43,988 nt of DNA from Octopus bimaculoides (lineage: Eukaryota), in NCBI RefSeq assembly GCF_001194135.2, contig NC_068981.1:39619109-39663096 (forward strand). The letters are read 5' to 3'. The position numbers and the translations under genes were made by a program. Positions 1 through 10,116 of this stretch are shown piece by piece. The notes under the pieces are model-generated. The model did no database searches. It saw only the letters and a program-made list of their open reading frames with translations, and was not told the DNA's origin. The stretch's first letter is position 1; each line of letters opens with the position of its first letter.

Positions 1-242
1 TCCTATCTAGTTCATTGACTCCTAAATACTTGTATGGTTGGCTTTCGTCTAGTTCTCTTATTTCATTGGCTTTATCTAGTGTTATATTGCTAATTTTAAC
101 TAATTTTCCTCTTTTCAGGGTTGCTTTGGCACATTTTTCTAATCCGAATTTCATATCTATTTCCTTGGTAAAGCCGTGTACTGTCTGTAGTAGTGTTTCT
201 AGCTCTTTGCCGTTTTTAGCATATAATTTTAGGTCATCCATA
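1..242 (-). mobile_element. R4/Dong-type (RLE) non-LTR retrotransposon, RT fragment, 5'-truncated at the YMDD motif; runs off the window
   Basis: Minus-strand translation YMDDLKLYAKNGKELETLLQTVHGFTKEIDMKFGLEKCAKATLKRGKL...QPYKYLGVNE contains the RT catalytic motif, the (M/L)xFGLxKC motif and YKYLG, as in R4/Dong RTs. It starts immediately after a (TAA)n tract. Confidence 0.85.

Positions 243-278
<36 letters not shown>
243..278. repeat. (TAT/TAA)n microsatellite: tail of one RLE element and 5' flank of the next
   Basis: Direct reading of the sequence. Confidence 0.95.
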
Positions 279-279
<1 letters not shown>

Positions 280-1688
280 CACACAACAGATTAGACCGTT
301 GGAAAAGAAAAATTCCTAACATCGGGCTACAACAAGTAATCCTAGAACCCTCAAAGTATCGTAGCTGTCCTTAATAACACTGTCTTCTGGAGCTGTACTA
401 AACTGGGTTTTATGTCTATTTCCTTTACCCATCTGTTGAAATCTTTAGGGATGGTTCTTAATGCACCTATAACTACTGGTATACGTTTCATCCACGCTTT
501 CCATAGTCTCTGTAATTCAATGGCTAAATCCTGGTGTTTTGCTATTTTTATGCCTCACATATTGATGCTTTCATCATTTGGTCCTGTAAAGCCAATTATT
601 CAGCACTTCTTATTCTCTTTAACTACTACTGCTAGATCCGGCCTTCTAGTTTCTATCACTCTATCAGTATGAATGTTAAAGTACAACACCATCTTATATT
701 TCTTACTTTTTAGTACTTTACTAGGTTCATATTCATACCATTTATCAGGATGGTTAAATCCTGGCTTTCTACATAATTCGAAGTGGAGTATTCTCCCTAG
801 GGTGTCATGTCTTTTCTTGAATTCTTTCAGTGCCAGCATGATAGATTCACTTCCTATATAACTAACACTTTCCTCTTTTGATTTGCATAACCTACATTGG
901 GAATCTACTTGGTTTTTGTCTATCTTGGCTTTTATCCAATCAGTGTTTAATGCTCGATTTTGTGTTGCTACTAAAAAACTTTATTTTTCCCTTTTCAGCA
1001 TTCCTTTCTGCAACCATTACCATGCCTCACTACAACTATTTGTTTCAACTATCTTTGGGAATTTATCATGCAAAGATTTTTCCTGCCAGTCAAATAACTT
1101 TTCTTCTTTCTTCTGGCTTTTAATTCCATTTGGTTCTTTGGTTTCCCTATGTCTTGCTGTGATTCTAGCAACTCTTAATAACGTTTATTCACTATTACCT
1201 CTATAGGAGTCTATATCTACTCTAGTTAACTCCACGTAGTTTTCTACTGATATTAACCCTCTTCCACCTTCCTTTTTAAGTAAGTATAATCTTACTACTC
1301 CTGCTTTTGGGTGGAGTCCTCCATTCATATTGAATTCCTTCCTAGTTCTTCTGTCTAGCTTTACTAATTCAGTCTTTGTCAAAACTACAAAAGCTGCTGA
1401 ATATCTAAGTAATGATACTGCCCAAGTATTTACAGCCTTCACTAGATTCGGACCCTTTAGCCTTGACTTGATTAGCTTCCTTACCCTTCTAGTGTACTCC
1501 TCAATTTTCACTTCTATTTCTATTGTTGGTATTCTGTCAGATTCAAATACTCGAAGAAAGTTATAACTCTCTTCTTCTTTCAGTGATTATTAATGTCCGG
1601 CCATCTGGTAATTGGATGCCTTCACTGTTGACTACCTGTCCGCTTTTCGTGACTAATATTGCACACTTATCTATGCCAAATTCCATGC
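279..1688 (-). mobile_element. R4/Dong-type non-LTR retrotransposon, 5'-truncated and degenerate (RT C-terminus, CCHC knuckle, RLE endonuclease, 3' UTR, TAA tail)
   Basis: Minus strand reads MEFGIDKCAIL; KAVNTWAVSLLRYS...LDRRTRK...LHPKAGVVRLYLLKKEGGRGLISVE; CRLCKSKEESV; RHDTLGRILHFELC...KWYEYEP...IHTDRVIETRRPDLAVV (PD motif); KHQDLAIELQRLW...IPVVIGAL. It has several stops and frameshifts and ends in (TAA)n. Confidence 0.9.
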
Positions 1689-1904
1689 TTATTGAAAATG
1701 TTTTACATAGGATGTGTGCAGTGCCTAGTATTGCTATTTTCTGTATGTTATATATATATTTGTTAGTCCTGGTATTTTTGTTATGTATTTGTCTGAATAT
1801 CTTTTTATCATACCTAATGCGCCCACGATGATAGGAATTGTTTCTGCTTTTAGACTCCACATTCGAGTTATCTCTATTTCCAAGTTTTTGTATTTTGAAA
1901 GTTC
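1689..1904 (-). mobile_element. C-terminal RLE fragment of a second R4/Dong-like family, lacking its 3' UTR and fused to the element at 279-1688
   Basis: ELSKYKNLEIEITRMWSLKAETIPIIVGALGMIK...(frameshift)...IQKIAILGTAHILCKTFSI. It starts directly after a (TAA/TGA)n tract. Confidence 0.8.
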
Positions 1905-1913
1905 ATTATTATT

Positions 1914-1945
<32 letters not shown>

Positions 1946-1960
1946 TTATTATTATTATTA

Positions 1961-2033
<73 letters not shown>
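1905..2033. repeat. Compound (ATC)n/(ATT)n microsatellite
   Basis: Direct reading; source of the spurious poly-I/L/D/H ORFs. Confidence 0.95.
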
Positions 2034-2035
<2 letters not shown>

Positions 2036-2183
2036 GCCCGTCGCTACGTTCTGAGTTCCAATTCAATCGAGGTTGCCTTTGCTTCTCATCCTTTCGGGGT
2101 CGATAAATAAAGGGCCAATGAAACACTGCGATCGATGTAATCGACTAGTCTCCTCCCCCAAAATTTCAGGCCTTTTACTATTA

Positions 2184-2259
<76 letters not shown>

Positions 2260-3010
2260 NNNNNNNNNNNNNNNNNNNNNNNNNNNNNNNNNNNNNNNNN
2301 NNNNNNNNNNNNNNNNNNNNNNNNNNNNNNNNNNNNNNNNNNNNNNNNNNNNNNNNNNNNNNNNNNNNNNNNNNNNNNNNNNNNNNNNNNNNNNNNNNNN
2401 NNNNNNNNNNNNNNNNNNNNNNNNNNNNNNNNNNNNNNNNNNNNNNNNNNNNNNNNNNNNNNNNNNNNNNNNNNNNNNNNNNNNNNNNNNNNNNNNNNNN
2501 NNNNNNNNNNNNNNNNNNNNNNNNNNNNNGAATTCAAATTCCGTCGAGGTCAATAAATTAAGTACCAGTTGAGTACTGAGGTCGATGTAATCGACTATTC
2601 CCCTCCCCCAAATTTCAGGCCTTGTGCCTATAATAGAAAGGTATTCCGCCAGTCGTTACGTTCCGAGTTCAAATTCCGCTGAGATCGACTTTGCATTTTA
2701 TCTTTTCAGGGTCGATAAATTAAATAGCAGGGAAACACTTGGGTCGACGTAATCGATTAGTCCCCTCCCTAAAACTTTCAGGCCTTGTACCTTTAGTAGA
2801 AAGGATTATTATTATTTTTTTAATTTTTTCTTATTATCATTAGTGGTATTTCTTCCAGTTTTACGTTCTGAGTTCAAATACCGCTAAGGTCCAGTTGGCA
2901 TTTCATCGTTTCAGGGTCGATAAATTGAGTACCAGTCAACTACTGGGGTCGATGTGATCGACTACTCCCCTCACCCAAAATGTCAGGCCTAGTGCCTATA
3001 GTAGAAAGTA
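2034..3010 (+). mobile_element. Four tandem 5'-truncated tRNA-derived SINEs (octopus OR1-like, Nin domain) at ~2034-2180, 2530-2644, 2645-2806 and 2843-3010
   Basis: Each carries most or all of: B-box-like GAGTTCAAATTCC, CATC(C/G/T)TTTC(G/A)GGGTCGATAAA..GTACCAG, GGTCGATGTAATCGACTA and a CAGGCCTTGT..TAGAAAG-(ATT)n tail. The 2530 copy lacks the CATC segment. All align by eye to the headed copy at 33502. Confidence 0.85.
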
Positions 3011-3024
3011 TTATCATTATTACT

Positions 3025-3581
3025 GAGTGCGAGAGCAGTGTATGCCATCAAAGTTGCACTGGGGTACAAATATACGAAGCCCAGCATACCCACCATGACT
3101 ACTCGTCTGATAAGGGTACACCAGGCACATGTAGCACAACCATATGTGCGCGGCATAGTGATATCATATCAATATAAATAGCACATGACCTTGCAGGTGG
3201 GGCCCAGTTAGAATTTTTTTCAGGTCGAGTAGCCCATCCTGCTCACAAGATCCCTGAATAAGAGTTGTTTGAGGTTGTTGAACGAAACACCCATCTTTCC
3301 AGCAGTGAATTATCCAAACCCCAAAGAATTCCTCTCAGCACATGGCTATGATGCTCCCCTACCACTTCTGTTCATGATCAGAGATGCACATATCGTCACC
3401 CACTAACGGAGATGCTGAACTGATTATGGTCAAACAACTGACAAGCAAATCTGTGGTACTGAGCAGAATATTTGCAGTAGCCCATGTTTTATACCAAAAC
3501 AAAACAATGCACATGAGAATAATTCCAGTCTGTTTAGATATGAAGCCATAACAGTGGCTGCCTGGTACTGCATCATAGCAT
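3025..3581 (-). mobile_element. ~555 bp non-coding interspersed element flanked by (TAA)n, copy A
   Basis: Collinear and highly similar to 21429-21983 and 22064-22514, with ATT tracts on both sides and no long ORF. Strand is assigned by treating (TAA)n as the tail. Confidence 0.85.
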
Positions 3582-3584
3582 ATG

Positions 3585-3636
<52 letters not shown>

Positions 3637-3654
3637 GGATTTTTTATTATTATT

Positions 3655-3985
3655 AGTCGTATCTTTCCAGTTTTAAGTTCTAACTTCAAATACCGCCGAG
3701 GTGGAGTCTGTCTTTCATCGTTTCGGGGTCGATAAAACAAGCACCAGTGAAGCACTGGAGTCTATGTAATCATGTAAGCGGTGAGCTGTATAATTGCTTA
3801 CGTGCTCTACAAACGCCTTAGCTGCATTTCTTCTGGCTTCTAATTTCAAATCCCACAGAAGTCAACTTTGACATTTATCTTTTGGGTGCCCATAAAATAA
3901 CTTACCAGTCAAGTAGTGTTGTCAATGTAATCGACTTATCACCTCCCTTAAAAAGCCGCTGTACGAAAGTTAGAAAAGAAATAAT
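3655..3985 (+). mobile_element. Two further OR1-like SINE copies (3655-3775 truncated; 3781-3985 older, with a degenerate tRNA-like head)
   Basis: TTCAAATACCGCCGAGGT...CATCGTTTCGGGGTCGATAAA; second copy GCGGTGAGCTG...TTCAAATCCCACAGAAGTCAACTTTG...TGTAATCGACTTA. Confidence 0.65.
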
Positions 3986-4074
3986 TATCATTATTATTAT
4001 CATTGTTTTTATTGGGGAGAGAAGTAAATAGATAAATATACAAATCCATAGGCAGATAATTGAATGGAAAGTCA

Positions 4075-4177
4075 GAGAGGGAAAGAGAGGGAGAGAGAAA
4101 TGGAGAGAGAGATGGAGAGAGAGAAGGGGAAAGAGACAGAGACAGACAGACAGACAGACAGATAGATAGATAGATAT

Positions 4178-4215
<38 letters not shown>

Positions 4216-4240
4216 TGATTGATTGATTGATTGGTTGAGA
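4075..4240. repeat. Compound GA-rich / (GACA)n-(GATA)n-(GATT)n microsatellite
   Basis: Direct reading. Confidence 0.95.
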
Positions 4241-5269
4241 GATAGGTATCTCAAAGATGACAAAAATTCTAAATTCTTCCTTAATCCTATAAACGCTATG
4301 ACTGATCTAACACTAATACTATCAATTCTGACTTGACTTTCACTCGTTCCATCATGATATTCATGACCAATATTTACCACGTTGATGAAATAATCTGGAA
4401 GTTTCTAACGCTATCAAACTTACATTATCTGTTTAAAAGATCCGCATTAAATACGCCTATTAATCCCAATCTTTTTCATTACGTACGCTTATCGCTCGAC
4501 CTATTAGCAGCCTTCGATAGATTATGTGAGGAAAGAAAAAGAAAGATGGCTTCTGAAACATCTTCGATTAGAAGTTTACACGAAGGACGGCTCTGGGGTT
4601 GAACATTCAAGACTACAAAAGTAACAATTATAAATTAAATAATTCCTCCTCGACACTGCGACAATGTTAACACTATATCAGGGTTAAGCGATATTACACT
4701 GGAGCAACTACAAACTCTCTTTTCTAATTTAATCCATAATCTGCGTTTATAAATAATCTTTCCGATGGATAATTTACAAATGTGTATACCATCGCAGTTC
4801 TATATCATTTCTCTTTTACTGTATCTTAATTAGTCCAGTGAACGAAAGGTTTACACGTCTGCTGAACATAGCTGCCAAATTTCCCGCAAATTACAATTAG
4901 ACATCACAAAAACAAAAATGAGGTGAAGATTATGGACAAAGTACCTCAAACCATCTTTATATCGACACCTGGGATGCTATCAATGAGGACACTAATAATA
5001 ATTATTAGAAGAAAACTGCATGACTATTGGTATACTAAGCACTACAACATACTATAAAAAAGTATTTTTAAAATAAAGGAAAAGAATAGAATCAATAAAT
5101 TTAAATATTCAAATTTGCTTTAAACAGATTACTTGAGCTTGAATACAATACAGCATTCAAAATATATTGGCTTAAGAATCAATCAGTGGACTAGCTATAC
5201 TCATGTCATAAAAACAACGTTATGAATTTGTGTCAATGAGAAGACATTTTTATTACAAGCAACTACCAT

Positions 5270-5405
5270 ACATATATGTGTGTGTGCGCGTGCGCACGCG
5301 TGTGTGTGTATTCATATATATACATATGCATACATGCATACATACATATATACGTACGTACATACATACATACATACATACATACATACATACATACATA
5401 CATAC
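5270..5405. repeat. (TG)n/(TACA)n compound microsatellite
   Basis: Direct reading. Confidence 0.95.
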
Positions 5406-6165
5406 AAAGAGGATGGCTGTCCACTCGTCACCGTGGAAGACCACCACTGAAAATTAAGAACATTGTGCACTCACACAAATTCATACTTTACACTTGTTGC
5501 TCCGCTGGTAACTAATAAGCCCAGCTCTTGATATATATGTATATATATATANNNNNNNNNNNNNNNNNNNNNNNNNNNNNNNNNNNNNNNNNNNNNNNNN
5601 NNNNNNNNNNNNNNNNNNNNNNNNNNNNNNNNNNNNNNNNNNNNNNNNNNNNNNNNNNNNNNNNNNNNNNNNNNNNNNNNNNNNNNNNNNNNNNNNNNNN
5701 NNNNNNNNNNNNNNNNNNNNNNNNNNNNNNNNNNNNNNNNNNNNNNNNNNNNNNNNNNNNNNNNNNNNNNNNNNNNNNNNNNNNNNNNNNNNNNNNNNNN
5801 NNNNNNNNNNNNNNNNNNNNNNNNNNNNNNNNNNNNNNNNNNNNNNNNNNNNNNNNNNNNNNNNNNNNNNNNNNNNNNNNNNNNNNNNNNNNNNNNNNNN
5901 NNNNNNNNNNNNNNNNNNNNNNNNNNNNNNNNNNNNNNNNNNNNNNNNNNNNNNNNNNNNNNNNNNNNNNNNNNNNNNNNNNNNNNNNNNNNNNNNNNNN
6001 NNNNNNNNNNNNNNNNNNNNNNNNNNNNNNNNNNNNNNNNNNNNNNNNNNNNNNNNNNNNNNNNNNNNNNNNNNNNNNNNNNNNNNNNNNNNNNNNNNNN
6101 NNNNNNNNNNNNNNNNNNNNNNNNNNNNNNNNNNNNNNNNNNNNNNNNNNNNNNNNNNNNNNNNN

Positions 6166-6868
6166 TGTATATCACTGCATATCTTTCCCGCCTCGCTTAA
6201 GAGTTTAAATCCTTTCAGTCTTTCCCACTAGCTGATACGTTGCATTGAGATGATTTTCTTCTTGTAGCTTCGTTGGATTGCTTCGAGTTCCGCCGTTAAT
6301 TTTGTGTGGTGACCATAACTGGAAGAGGTAGTCCAAGACACTGAGGAAATAGGCCTTCCAAAGGACCATCATTGTCTTCCCTTCTCTTGGTCTGATAGTT
6401 CGGAGGATCTATCCAGCTAGTCGCCTGTATTTTATTACCAAATTGGTAATATGCACTTAGAGAGATGCATCATTGCTCATGCCACTGCCCAGTTCACGTG
6501 TGGATTATGATTCAGGGATTGCAATTCCTCCTGGGCCTGTGAATCTTGTCTGCATGACGTTCAGCTTTGTATGCTGATAGCACAGGGCTTGGATTCTTCC
6601 TACATTAAACTGCATGTTGTTGTCCTCAGCAAAACTGCATATTGCGTCCAACTCCCGTTGTAGATGTACAATTTTCCCAGTATTTTATATCGTCTGAGAG
6701 ACTTTTGTGTCATTTGCATAACTAGCAAAGATGGCTATCTGAGCAGCTGAGGGCATGTCTGAGAGGGCCACTATGAACAGCAGTGGCCCTAAGACAGTAT
6801 CCTGTTTTCTTGGAGGCGGCTATATTGGCCATCACTGCCTGACGTGTATCTTTTAGAAAGTATGCAAC
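6166..6868 (-). pseudogene. Degenerate CR1/L2-group LINE reverse transcriptase fragment, same family type as 39571-40919
   Basis: Minus strand reads FLKDTRQAVMAN...QDTVLGPLLFIVALSDMPSAAQIAIFASYANDTKVSQ...HLQRELDAI...NNMQFN...RELGSGMSNDAS...LDYLFQLWSPH...LEAIQRSY...ERLK. It is collinear with the ORF at 39944-40888, has many stops, and its 3' end is lost in an N-gap. Confidence 0.85.
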
Positions 6869-6869
6869 A

Positions 6870-7150
6870 CCTAAACGATTATCTGAAAGAGCAGCTATTT
6901 TTTTGTTATGTTGGCTCAGTTCGCGAACAAGAGCAGTACGTCTTTCAGGTCTACACTCACTCATGTTATCCTACATGAAATATTCATATGCCATCCAGAT
7001 GTTATAAATAAGTTTTGGTGTTCCGAGCACAAAGCGGACGTCTGCTAGTCGCACTAAACTGACCAGATAGAAGAAGGCAAACACTTTTTAGCTCATCTTT
7101 TCTAGAACCTCACGGTATCCGGGTGGGTAGTGCCCTACCCAAATGAAGCC
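6870..7150 (-). mobile_element. RTE-clade LINE 5' fragment (start of AP endonuclease)
   Basis: RPERRTALVRELSQHNKKIAALSDNRL resembles the RTE/BovB-type APE N-terminal motif RPERRTALVARELARYxIDIAALSETR. Confidence 0.65.
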
Positions 7151-8747
7151 GCTCAGGTATTCACGCAGCAACTGCATCCCATCGATAAAAAGATGACTTA
7201 ATATGTAACACAGGCCGCCTACATGTAGGTCAATGATTACATGCTTCCAGCTCTCAGTTCTGTATGCTTCGCAACCTTCCCATTGCTGCAGGATATTCAA
7301 ATAAAAGAAATGTGTAAAGTTGAAAATTAAGCAGCAATGCCCATGAAAATATCAACGATGCCTGTGCAAAATTTTAGATCCGATAAAGCTTGCACCACAT
7401 CTCATAGACTCCTACCACCCTATTAACAAGATTCTTAGACAAACTGTGGCAAGATATCTAGTACCAGTAAGGTGCTTCTCCAAATGGTTGGAAATATGAA
7501 ATACAAAAACTATATTACTCCATGCCAGAATGAGCTTTCAAGGAAGATATCGAGTATAAAAAAATAAATCAAATAAAGTTCACGTCCATTTGGGAAGAGA
7601 CAGGAAATTTATACAATATAACTACAACTACATCTACACAAATCATTTTGAAGACGCTATAAAAATCTATATGAAAACCACAAAGGAAATGCTAAAAAAA
7701 TGTATGTAATGTTTAAAAATCTCAACTTGGCGGACCGCACTAGGCTTTTTCAACCACTGTCCTTGATTCATTATAAAGCACCACAAACTTAACAAGTATA
7801 CTCAGTAAAGGAATATTAAATTATTACTGTATATTAAAGTATATGTGCAATTAGATTCTTGTCAAAAGTTCCAATGTATTATACTGGTTTATGAACCTAA
7901 AAAATTAGTATACTATTTTGTTTGTGTGTATCTATACGTGCCTAACGTATAAATGCTGTTCTAAAAAAAGAAACACTTCAAATGAAATGGCTCCGAGGAA
8001 GCTGTAAAATATAGAAGTGCACGGTTCCTTAAAGCAGAAACAGCTACAGGTTAATGAAAAGGATTGCGTAACGACTGTTTATTTGTCATTCATTTATTAA
8101 TTAATACTGCGCTCTATACTAATCAGTTCAGTTATATAAGACATCGGAGCAAAAACTGTCAGACAATTCACACTTCCTCACCGCCGGACTTTTCTAATGC
8201 CACAAAGGACAAGTATAATGAGTTCTGTCAACTGCTTATTGGTCTTTCTCTTTGTGTATGTATGTATGTATGTATGTATGTACGTATGCATGTATGTATG
8301 TATGCCTGTATGCATGTATGTATGTATGTATATATACATGTATATGTATATATATATATANNNNNNNNNNNNNNNNNNNNNNNNNNNNNNNNNNNNNNNN
8401 NNNNNNNNNNNNNNNNNNNNNNNNNNNNNNNNNNNNNNNNNNNNNNNNNNNNNNNNNNNNNNNNNNNNNNNNNNNNNNNNNNNNNNNNNNNNNNNNNNNN
8501 NNNNNNNNNNNNNNNNNNNNNNNNNNNNNNNNNNNNNNNNNNNNNNNNNNNNNNNNNNNNNNNNNNNNNNNNNNNNNNNNNNNNNNNNNNNNNNNNNNNN
8601 NNNNNNNNNNNNNNNNNNNNNNNNNNNNNNNNNNNNNNNNNNNNNNNNNNNNNNNNNNNNNNNNNNNNNNNNNNNNNNNNNNNNNNNNNNNNNNNNNNNN
8701 NNNNNNNNNNNNNNNNNNNNNNNNNNNNNNNNTATATATATATATAT

Positions 8748-9181
8748 TCCTGCACGGACGTTCAAAGGAACGGACGTGCTTTTCTTTCTCTCTCTCTCTT
8801 CTATCTTTCAAAAAGATGTTTCGCACAGCGTTCACTAATTTCCTCCCGTTCTGGTCTAACGATTTTGCTTGTCTGCTTTCTTACAGTTTCTTTGTATGTC
8901 TCCTCTGTCCTGTTTTTGTTCCCAACTTTGACTCTCCTTACATCCTAAATTTTATTTTAGAATTTATAAGAGCAACTGTCTTTGAAAACTCATATTGTCG
9001 TTGAATGCTCGAAATGAGGAGTAGATACACACCCGATGATAGACAACTGAAGAAGAGGCCTTTCTCTGTGTTTACTTGTCCTGTTCTCCATTTTTTCTCG
9101 TTGTTTACGTATTTGATACGTTTGTTTATGTATTTTATGTTAGTTGCACCGTTGTTGACGTCCTGTACCCATACATGCATG

Positions 9182-9233
<52 letters not shown>

Positions 9234-9806
9234 TATATATATATATAATATTATTTACTATTTATTATTTAACTGAACGCCACGCATCCATGTCCATGTA
9301 AGTTTATCTTCACCTTTGTGATGCGACACCCTACTCTATACGGTCTTCTTCCTCCATCCTTCTCTAATTCCCTTTTTCTCCTCCTCCATCATTCTCTAAT
9401 TCCCTTTTTCTCCTCCTCCCTCCTTCACCGTTTTATATCTGTCTCTCTCTTTCCCTTCTTTCTCTTTTGCTCTCTCTCTCTCTCTGTCTCGTTGCTCACA
9501 CGTGACCATCGTCCATCTTTCTTCTCCTCACGTGACCATCTTTCTTTTCCTGCACAGACATTCAAAAGAACGGACGTGGTTTTTCTCTTTCTCTCTCACT
9601 CTCTGTTTCTCTCTCCTTTACTCTCTTTTACTTTTTCTGTTTTCATAAAAAAAATGTTTCTCGTTGGTTACGTATTTCATGTTATTTGCACCGTTGGTTA
9701 TATCCTGTACACATATCTGCATGTATGCATATGTATATATATATATATACACGCACACACACACACATACATACACACACATATATGTTATATATTATTT
9801 ACTATT

Positions 9807-9812
<6 letters not shown>
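8748..9812 (+). repeat. Imperfect local tandem duplication (8748-8830 with 9549-9660; 9090-9270 with 9655-9812)
   Basis: Shared blocks TGCAC.GAC.TTCAAA.GAACGGACGTG, TTTCTCGTTG.TTACGTATTT, TTGCACCGTTG, CCTGTAC.CATA and TATTATTTACTATTTATTAT. Confidence 0.7.
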
Positions 9813-9840
<28 letters not shown>

Positions 9841-9910
9841 NNNNNNNNNNACATACATACAGACAAACATATACATGGGGTTCTATCAACTGCTTATTCG
9901 GCTTTCTCCC

Positions 9911-9952
9911 TGTGTATGTAAGTCATTATTCAGTTTATTTCAAGATTTCTTA
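9911..9952 (-). mobile_element. 3'-terminal stub of the CATA-associated RLE family seen at 30861-31760
   Basis: TGTATGTAAGTCATTATTCAGTTTATTTCAAGATTTCTTA versus TGTATGTCATTATCCAGTTTTATTTCAAGATTTCTTA at ~30855-30890. Confidence 0.55.
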
Positions 9953-10043
9953 GCTGTGATCTTGGAACCTAATAGTCGACCAACTATAGTACTTACTCAG
10001 CGTACCTATTCGTTTAGCTCAAAAGTGAACTAACCGCCTCATA

Positions 10044-10080
<37 letters not shown>

Positions 10081-10081
10081 C

Positions 10082-10116
<35 letters not shown>

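Noticed and set aside
4333-4960. LSLDLLAAFD and LQLDITKTKM resemble RT motifs on the plus strand
   Set aside because: Only two short motifs, with no recognisable GVxQG or YADD between them. It may be an ancient LINE, but this is not supportable without an HMM search.
8975-9085. CTGAAGA-AGAGG..TCTC and an upstream GAGC...GCTC-GAAA as hammerhead candidates
   Set aside because: The CTGAAGA has no GAAA after its stem II, and the GAAA has no CUGANGA before its stem. The parts cannot be assembled into one fold.
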